A stretch of 14,399 nucleotides of DNA, taken from the NCBI GenBank assembly GCA_965221955.1, contig CBDCTA010000027.1, forward strand, positions 1-14,399. The letters are read 5' to 3'. The notes below the pieces were generated by a model. That model was not told the origin of the DNA and made no database searches. It was given only the letters and a program-made list of their open reading frames with translations. The position numbers and the translations under genes are program-made. This stretch comes from Gammaproteobacteria bacterium. GTDB taxonomy: Bacteria > Pseudomonadota > Gammaproteobacteria > UBA4575. Positions 1 through 6,662 of this stretch are shown here, one piece after another; position 1 is the first letter of the stretch; every line of letters begins with the position of its first letter.

Positions 1-1
1 T

Positions 2-2884
2 TATGCGTTACGCCGTATAGCAGAAGAACTTGAAATCGAACTTCAAGCACTGCTTGACACAAACCGAACACAGGTGATCGGTGGCCGCCCGCGCGTAATA
101 CGTGTTGAACTTGACCCGAATGCATTAGCTGCACGTCAAACGGCTGCTCTTGAGGTAGCTTGGGCATTAGGCATTTCTAATATTCGTCAACCAGCAGGAA
201 GTTTTGATCGGCAAGATTACAATTTCACGGTTGAAGCAGGCGAATTCTTTAAAGATGCGCATGCACTGCGTCGTGCCGTGGTGAATGTGGTGGATGGCAT
301 TCCCGTTTTTCTAAATGATGTGGCCACGGTTATTGATGGCCCAGCTGAACAAATGGAATACACTGGAATAGGGTTTGGTCCGGCTTCTGAACATTCTGAT
401 TTGTCTTTAAGTTCAAGCATTTTACCTGCTGTGCATGTAACCATTGCAAAGAAGAAAGGCAGTAATGCAGTATGGGTAGCAAAACGGGTTGAAAAAAAGT
501 TAGAAGAATTTAAACACAGCCATTTTCCACAAGGCGTTAATGCGCTGATTACAAGAAACTATGGTGAAACCGCAAACGATAAAGTGAATGAGTTGCTCAA
601 AGCACTTATTGTTGCCATTTTAATTGTAGTGGGGTTGATTGCCTATAGTTTAGGTTGGCGCGAGGGGTTGATTGTTGCAGCGGCAGTACCAATTACTTTT
701 TCTCTTACTTTAATTATTAATTACTGGGCAGGCTACACCATTAATCGCGTTACTTTGTTTGCATTGATATTGTCTCTGGGTTTGGTAGTGGATGACCCGA
801 TCGTAGATGTAGAAAACATTTACCGGCATTTAAAAATGCGCAAAGAGTCTGCACTGAATGCTGTGAAAACCGCGATGGTGGAAGTGATGCCACCGATTAT
901 TCTTACCACAGTTGCCGTGATTGTGGCCTTTATCCCCATGACCTTTATCACTGGCATGATGGGGCCCTATATGCGTCCCATGGCGTTGAATGTGCCGGTT
1001 GCGGTAACCATGTCTACGCTTGTTGCGCTCACTATAACTCCATGGTTGACGTATAAAGTGTTACGCAAACATTATTCAAAAGATAGTGACAATAATCATC
1101 AGCCATTAGAAAGTACTTTTTTATATCGTGCGTATTCGAGAACATTAGGGCCGTTATTAGAACAATCATCTAAGGCATGGATGTTATTGGGGGGAACGCT
1201 TTTGTTATTTATTATTGCTGTAATGCTTGTGATGTGGAGAGCAGTACCACTTAAGCTTTTACCTTTTGATAATAAAAATGAATTACAAATTATTGTGAAC
1301 CCTAAAGAAGGCACAACATTGGAACGTACACATGCCATTGTGAATAATCTTACTGAAGTATTGATTGAAGTGCCTGAAGTGAAAGATTTTCAAACTTATG
1401 TTGGGCTTGCGTCGCCCATGGATTTTAATGGATTGGTACGCCACTATTTCTTGCGCAAAGGTCCACATGTTGGCGAAATTCGCGTGAATCTTGTAGACAA
1501 ATTTAAACGTACTATGCAATCGCACGAGATCGCACTCCGTTTGCGCAACGATCTTGAAAAAGCCGCACACGATGCAGATACTCGTATTGCGATTGTAGAA
1601 GTGCCTCCAGGTCCGCCTGTGTTATCTACCATCACCGCTGAATTGTATGGTGAGCCGGGAGTGAGTTATGACACGATACAAGCTGCTGCGCATTCTTTAT
1701 CTGCTCGCCTTGAACAAGAAATTGGTGTTTCAGATGTGGATACCAGTGTAGAGGATGATTCTGAAAAGTTAGTTTTTATGACTGACCAAGAAAAAGCAGC
1801 CTTATCAGGTGTTGCTTCAGACGATATTGCAAAAACGGTTGGCTTAGCGCTTTCTGGACATGACGTAACTCGTTTACATGTTCCCGGTGAAGTAAACCCC
1901 ATTCCGATTCGCTTGAAGCTTGATCGAGCAGACCGATCTGGAATAGAACAGTTAAATGGTTTAGCTGTTAAAGGACGCCCTGGAATTGCAAAAGTGCGAG
2001 AAGAAGGTGGGGTAAAAGATGCGCCTATTCCAATTGTACGTTTGGGAGAACTTGGGCAATTTGAAAACAGACTCGTTGAAAAATCGATTTATCATAAAAA
2101 CCTTCAACGAGTTGTATTTGTATATGCTGAAGCGGTGGGTCGTGCACCCGCAGAGATTGTTGCGGATGTGGTGGCTGATTTACAAGATGATCCAATAGCG
2201 AATCCAACAAAAAATGATGAAGAAACTATTCGCTCACTTTCAGAACGAAGTTATCTTTCAAACGGAAGTAATATACCTTGGTCTTTACCCGAAGGTGTAA
2301 GAGTAGAATGGTTTGGTGAAGGGGAACTGAATATTACTAAAGATGTGTTTCGAGATTTAGGTATTGCTTTTGCTGTGGCATTGATTGGTATTTATATTCT
2401 TTTAGTGTTTCAAACACGCAGTTATGCCATGCCACTTGTGTTGATGATTTCAATACCATTAACCATTATTGGGATTGTGCCAGGGTTTTGGATTTTGAAT
2501 ATGCTTGTTGGAGGTACAGTCTCTGGCTATCAAAATCCTATCTTTTTTACGGCTACTGCGATGATTGGCATGATTGCATTAGCAGGCATTGCTGTGCGCA
2601 ATGCCATTTTACTTATTGAATTTTTACATGTTGGTTTAAGGAATGAACTTTCGTTACGTGAAGCGATTTTACAAGCCGGTGCCATTCGTACTCGACCCAT
2701 TTTACTTACAGCCGGGACTGCAATGTTAGCGGCAATCCCTATCACATTAGATCCAGTATTTTCCGGATTAGCATGGGCACTTATTTTTGGTTTGTTTGTA
2801 TCCACTGCGTTCACGCTTGTAGTGGTGCCTGTAACGTATAACTTGGTCTATCAAAACCGTGAAGGTCATGGTTTGCCTGCATAG
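2..2884 (+). CDS. Efflux RND transporter permease subunit (AcrB/AcrD/AcrF family), 5' truncated by window edge
   Basis: Frame is open from position 2 (YALRRIAEELEIELQ...VIGGRPRVIRVELDP), so the start called at 74 is internal. RND motifs: TM4 GLVVDDPIVDVENI, TM10 GIAVRNAILLIEF, TM11 RTRPILLT. Two hydrophobic TM bundles separated by large periplasmic domains. Confidence 0.95.
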   Translation, partial: YALRRIAEELEIELQALLDTNRTQVIGGRPRVIRVELDPNALAARQTAALEVAWALGISNIRQPAGSFDRQDYNFTVEAGEFFKDAHALRRAVVNVVDGIPVFLNDVATVIDGPAEQMEYTGIGFGPASEHSDLSLSSSILPAVHVTIAKKKGSNAVWVAKRVEKKLEEFKHSHFPQGVNALITRNYGETANDKVNELLKALIVAILIVVGLIAYSLGWREGLIVAAAVPITFSLTLIINYWAGYTINRVTLFALILSLGLVVDDPIVDVENIYRHLKMRKESALNAVKTAMVEVMPPIILTTVAVIVAFIPMTFITGMMGPYMRPMALNVPVAVTMSTLVALTITPWLTYKVLRKHYSKDSDNNHQPLESTFLYRAYSRTLGPLLEQSSKAWMLLGGTLLLFIIAVMLVMWRAVPLKLLPFDNKNELQIIVNPKEGTTLERTHAIVNNLTEVLIEVPEVKDFQTYVGLASPMDFNGLVRHYFLRKGPHVGEIRVNLVDKFKRTMQSHEIALRLRNDLEKAAHDADTRIAIVEVPPGPPVLSTITAELYGEPGVSYDTIQAAAHSLSARLEQEIGVSDVDTSVEDDSEKLVFMTDQEKAALSGVASDDIAKTVGLALSGHDVTRLHVPGEVNPIPIRLKLDRADRSGIEQLNGLAVKGRPGIAKVREEGGVKDAPIPIVRLGELGQFENRLVEKSIYHKNLQRVVFVYAEAVGRAPAEIVADVVADLQDDPIANPTKNDEETIRSLSERSYLSNGSNIPWSLPEGVRVEWFGEGELNITKDVFRDLGIAFAVALIGIYILLVFQTRSYAMPLVLMISIPLTIIGIVPGFWILNMLVGGTVSGYQNPIFFTATAMIGMIALAGIAVRNAILLIEFLHVGLRNELSLREAILQAGAIRTRPILLTAGTAMLAAIPITLDPVFSGLAWALIFGLFVSTAFTLVVVPVTYNLVYQNREGHGLPA

Positions 2885-2907
2885 AAGATGAAAATTAGGT
2901 AATTACA

Positions 2908-3981
2908 ATGATACAAAAATGGAAACGCACACTTGGCGTATTAGCAGGTTTGTTAGCGATCTTGCTTTGTGTGGTTTGGCTATCTGGTGGCTTTGAATCA
3001 AAAGTTAAGCTTATTGAACAATCAGACGTACATATTGAACAAGAGCTTGCAGGAGAAACGGTTATTGTTACAAAAGTTTCTGCACCAAGCAAAGAGTGGG
3101 TGAGTGGCACACTTGTTTCTGCAAAGCACACCACCGTTGCCTCGCGTGTATTAGCAAGAGTGGAAGAAGTGCATGTGCGGGCAGGTAGTGATGTTAATCA
3201 AGGTGATGTATTGATCACGCTTGATTCAAGAGATTTGCAAGCTCGCGTGGAGCAAGTGCAGCAACAATTACAAGCAGTAATTACAAAACGTAATTTGGCT
3301 CGGACTGAGCGTGATCGAAATAAACGTTTATTACGTGAAAGTGCAGTTTCACAAGAGCGTTATGATCAGTCTGAAGCAACATTGCGCGTTGCACGCGCAG
3401 AAGTGAGTCGAGTTGAGTTGACTCTTAAAGAAGCTGAAACGGCATTATCCCATGCAGTATTAAAAGCTTCAGTAAGCGGGCGTATTGTAGATCGATTAAT
3501 TGAACCGGGGGATACCGCTGTCCCGGGCGCTGCACTATTGCGAATTTATGACCCGACAGTGCTTAGAGTAGAAGTGCCTATTCGAGAGTCTTTGGCGATA
3601 CATTTAAAACTAAATGACACTATTCAGGTAGAAATTCCTGCAACCAACAAAAATGTAGAAGGTATTGTGGATGAAATTGTTCCCTTTGCAGAATCTGGTG
3701 CGCGCACTTTGTTGGTAAAGATTAGGATGCCACAAGACCCACAGCTCATTTCAGGGATGTTTGCAAAGGTTGCCATTCCTGCTGGCGGACAAACCTATTT
3801 AACGATTCCATGGCGTGCGGTACAAAAGATTGGTCAATTAGATTTTGTAGAAGTTATAACCGAACAAGGCAATGTGGATCGCCGACTGGTAACTATAGGG
3901 AAAAGTATTGATGAAAACTTCGTTGAAGTATTAAGTGGTTTAAAAGAAGGTGAAAAAGTAGCCATTGAGCAACGCCAATAA
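2908..3981 (+). CDS. Efflux RND periplasmic adaptor subunit (membrane fusion protein)
   Basis: N-terminal membrane anchor, lipoyl half-motifs (VEEVHVRAGSDVNQGDVLITLD; LKASVSGRIVDRLIEPGDTAVPG), alpha-helical hairpin, C-terminal EVLSGLKEGEKV. Starts 23 bp after the permease. Confidence 0.95.
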   Translation: MIQKWKRTLGVLAGLLAILLCVVWLSGGFESKVKLIEQSDVHIEQELAGETVIVTKVSAPSKEWVSGTLVSAKHTTVASRVLARVEEVHVRAGSDVNQGDVLITLDSRDLQARVEQVQQQLQAVITKRNLARTERDRNKRLLRESAVSQERYDQSEATLRVARAEVSRVELTLKEAETALSHAVLKASVSGRIVDRLIEPGDTAVPGAALLRIYDPTVLRVEVPIRESLAIHLKLNDTIQVEIPATNKNVEGIVDEIVPFAESGARTLLVKIRMPQDPQLISGMFAKVAIPAGGQTYLTIPWRAVQKIGQLDFVEVITEQGNVDRRLVTIGKSIDENFVEVLSGLKEGEKVAIEQRQ

Positions 3982-4336
3982 AATTTAAATATCGATTTGG
4001 GATTTAAAGATGACAGATGCTCATACTGACCATTAATTCAATAGTATATCTCGTAACGCAGTCAATTAATTGACAAATCCATTTGGAACCCGTGTTCAAT
4101 AAAATTATTTAGCAAGGAAGTATCTGTTCTTATTTTAAGCTTCCTTCTTATCATCGTTACCGCATAGACTAAAACTTTGGATAATATTTGCTGGATTATT
4201 GTCTGTATGAGCAGTCGTATTATAATAGGCTGTATGTGATGAAAAATATTTATAGAGTTCATATAATTAATTTTATAGTCATATCTTGTGTTGGGAATTC
4301 AAAAAATAATATTAAACAATTTATTGAAGGCTAAGT

Positions 4337-4558
4337 ATGGGTGATGAAGTAGAAAAGTTGGATGGTCAAGATACTGGCATTTTGAATAAAAAAGGTTGGC
4401 ACCTCATTACGCATTACAAATCAAAAGAAGGTGGGACAGGATCAAATGCACATAATAATGCAGTTGAGAAAGCTACATCCATTAAGCGTCCTACCGGTAT
4501 TCGAAAAAGAGAAGACGGTGAATACACCGTATTTGAAGTTTGGGAGTTCTGGAGATAG
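4337..4558 (+). CDS. Hypothetical protein (73 aa)
   Basis: ATG with GAAGG 6 nt upstream. Hydrophilic, protein-like composition in an otherwise AT-rich intergenic stretch. No family recognised. Confidence 0.55.
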   Translation: MGDEVEKLDGQDTGILNKKGWHLITHYKSKEGGTGSNAHNNAVEKATSIKRPTGIRKREDGEYTVFEVWEFWR

Positions 4559-4582
4559 AAATTTCTTATTACAAAGTCTTTT

Positions 4583-5383
4583 TTACCAAGAGTATAACGT
4601 TAGCCAATAACTTCCCCAGATCACTAATCCTAACCCTGTCATCGCTCGTATCACAGCAGGTGAAATTGGCAATACTTTTTCAAGTAACACGAAAATTGTA
4701 ATGAGGATGACCCAGAGCATGTTCATTACACCTACAGCAAATAAAATGAGCATTAAGGCCCAGCAGCAGCCCACGCAAAAAATGCCATGATGGAAACCCA
4801 TTTGCAATGCACCCAAATTGCCTTCTTTCCACGCAGCCATTATGAAACCTAAAGGCGTTCTGCATTGGTTCAAACAAACATCTTTAAGCGGTGTGAATTG
4901 ATAAATGCCAGCTACAATTAAAATGATCCCGCTTAATAAGTAGCTACGGCTATCCATCATTGGATTTAGCAATCCTTTAACATGTAATGGCCATTGAATG
5001 AGGCTGACCACAACGCTGAATACAGCCCAGGAGAGAAGATAACCCAATAAAAATAACCAAATGGGTGCGTAAGGTTGTTGTTTTAGTTTTTTACTTTTAT
5101 TTACTGTGGCAAACATGGTGACCATGGGTGTGACAGTGGGAGTCATCATAGCGACCATCATCACGAGCCACATTAAAAACAGCATGAAGAAGTCATAACT
5201 CGTCCAGCCTCTTGTGTCCCCTTGTGGAGGCATCCACATATCGACGAGGTGCATGTTCTGCATCGCCCAGGCCATATAGAACATGTATGCCCATCCAGCA
5301 GCAGTCACAATAAATAGGCCTGAAAGCACAATTCTTTTGTCTTTGAGGCTGAGCTGGTCTGAGATTATGGGCTTATTAAGCAT
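4583..5383 (-). CDS. DUF2182 family predicted metal-binding integral membrane protein
   Basis: Motifs MWLVMMVAMMTP, AGIYQFTPLKDVCLNQCRTPLGF, GIFCVGCCWALMLILFAVGVMNMLW, LLEK. Start more likely at ATG 5383 (MLNKPII, 266 aa) than 5425, which would leave only 27 bp before the divergent gene. Confidence 0.88.
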   Translation of the reverse strand: MLNKPIISDQLSLKDKRIVLSGLFIVTAAGWAYMFYMAWAMQNMHLVDMWMPPQGDTRGWTSYDFFMLFLMWLVMMVAMMTPTVTPMVTMFATVNKSKKLKQQPYAPIWLFLLGYLLSWAVFSVVVSLIQWPLHVKGLLNPMMDSRSYLLSGIILIVAGIYQFTPLKDVCLNQCRTPLGFIMAAWKEGNLGALQMGFHHGIFCVGCCWALMLILFAVGVMNMLWVILITIFVLLEKVLPISPAVIRAMTGLGLVIWGSYWLTLYSW

Positions 5384-5388
5384 AAATT

Positions 5389-5416
5389 TTGAAAGATCTT
5401 CTATTTTAAATATAAT
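5389..5416 (+). promoter_or_regulatory. Putative sigma70 promoter for the DUF1326 gene
   Basis: TTGAAA (5389-5394), 16-bp spacer, TATAAT (5411-5416). AGGA lies at 5441-5444 ahead of ATG 5453. Confidence 0.5.
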
Positions 5417-5452
5417 GTTATACATCTATCTTACTAAACTAGGACGCGGAAT

Positions 5453-6058
5453 ATGGCTATTTCGAACTGGAAAGTTGAAGGCAAGTATTTTGAATCATGT
5501 AACTGTGAAAATTTATGTCCGTGTATTTTATTAAAAGACCCTACGGAAGGTTTTTGTGAAGCTATGGTGGGTTGGCATATTGAGAAAGGACATTGCGAAG
5601 ATGTGTCTTTAGATGGACTTAAGGTTGGTGTTTGGTTGCATGCGCCTGGTAACTTAACTGAAGGCAACTGGAAGTTAGCACTTTATGTTGATGAAAGTGC
5701 AAGTGATGAACAGTTTAATGCAGTGTGCTCACTATGGAGTGGTGAAGGTGGTGGACATCTCGGTGTGATTGCTAGTTTAGTTGGTGAAGTGATGGGCGCC
5801 GAGAAAGCTAAGATTTCATTTGAATATAGTGATAATAAAAAGCATTTAGTCATTGAAGGCTTAGGTGAAAATGAAATGGTGCCGATGGAAGGTGCGGATG
5901 GTCGTAATGTAATTGTTACCGATCCACCATTAGCAGTTGCTCCGGGCAATCCAATCACGGTGCATGAATCAGTTAAAGCACACTATGAAGGTCATGGCTA
6001 TAAATGGAATCAATCAGGAAAAGCAGGTTTAGCTTCTCCATTCCAATACGGGCCATAA
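5453..6058 (+). CDS. DUF1326 domain-containing protein
   Basis: N-terminal WKVEGKYFESCNCENLCPC...PTEGFC...WHIEKG motif, then PGNLTEGNW.LALYVDE.ASDEQ and SGEGGG. About 200 aa and adjacent to DUF2182, its usual partner. Confidence 0.88.
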   Translation: MAISNWKVEGKYFESCNCENLCPCILLKDPTEGFCEAMVGWHIEKGHCEDVSLDGLKVGVWLHAPGNLTEGNWKLALYVDESASDEQFNAVCSLWSGEGGGHLGVIASLVGEVMGAEKAKISFEYSDNKKHLVIEGLGENEMVPMEGADGRNVIVTDPPLAVAPGNPITVHESVKAHYEGHGYKWNQSGKAGLASPFQYGP

Positions 6059-6070
6059 GATTAATAACTA

Positions 6071-6352
6071 TCAGGAAATTTTAATCCTGATTACATTCAA
6101 TACTTCCATTTCAATACCCGCAATATTTTCAGTTGTGGGATAATACGTCAAATTGACTCGCTGTCCTTGAAGGTTCTTGTATTTCTTTTTGCGTTTATAG
6201 CGAAAGGGCACTTCATATCCTTCAATCATTAAAGTATTTAAGAACCAACCATCTTTTGTACGTTGCACGTGAGATCTAACTTTCATCATATCGCTATGAG
6301 TTAGTTTTTCGTGTCGTTTAATGAGCTTTTCTGGTTCTTTGTTTTTTAACAC
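6071..6352 (-). CDS. Small basic hypothetical protein (possible OB-fold-like)
   Basis: 93-aa ORF (SHVQR..GWFLNTLMIEG..VPFRYKRKKKYKNLQGQRVNLTYYP) resembling a hypothetical family I recall from marine Gammaproteobacteria. The GTG start is uncertain because the frame stays open upstream to about 6424. Confidence 0.7.
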   Translation of the reverse strand: MLKNKEPEKLIKRHEKLTHSDMMKVRSHVQRTKDGWFLNTLMIEGYEVPFRYKRKKKYKNLQGQRVNLTYYPTTENIAGIEMEVLNVIRIKIS

Positions 6353-6593
6353 TGATGGAATAACGACCTTATTAAACGAGGTTGTTTTGGTGATGATATT
6401 CTTAAGCCAATTTTTAACTACCAGCTAAATTTATCAATTAAATATAATATTTATTATTTAATTTGATAAAGGTAGGGTGCAGGATAAAAACTTTTTACAA
6501 ATATGGTCGCTAGTCTCCCAGGCGCCGATATAATTTTATAAATTTTATAATAGCTAGTTTCGAAGGCGGTCGAAACGATACTTATCAAAATAG

Positions 6594-6628
6594 CCTATCT
6601 TTAATTAGTTGCAACATCCATGTTGCAA
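6594..6628 (-). repeat. Third copy of the CAACATGGATGTTGC-N5-ATTAAAGWTAG repeat; hairpin in the acnB 3' region
   Basis: TTGCAAC-ATCCAT-GTTGCAA hairpin at 6609-6628, plus CCTATCTTTAAT (6594-6605), which matches CCTAACTTTAAT at 11950-11961 at 11/12 positions. Confidence 0.75.
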
Positions 6629-6662
6629 TTTAATTTCGTCTTTCCATAGGCCCAGGATCCGA

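Noticed and set aside
217-3134. Short minus-strand ORFs inside the RND permease and adaptor genes
   Set aside because: Antisense shadows of well-supported long CDSs, with no recognisable motifs.
4062-4262. 66-aa minus-strand ORF
   Set aside because: Ile-rich composition typical of chance ORFs in AT-rich DNA, with no convincing RBS or family.
4680-5958. Small ORFs overlapping DUF2182 and DUF1326
   Set aside because: Alternative-frame or antisense overlaps of stronger genes.
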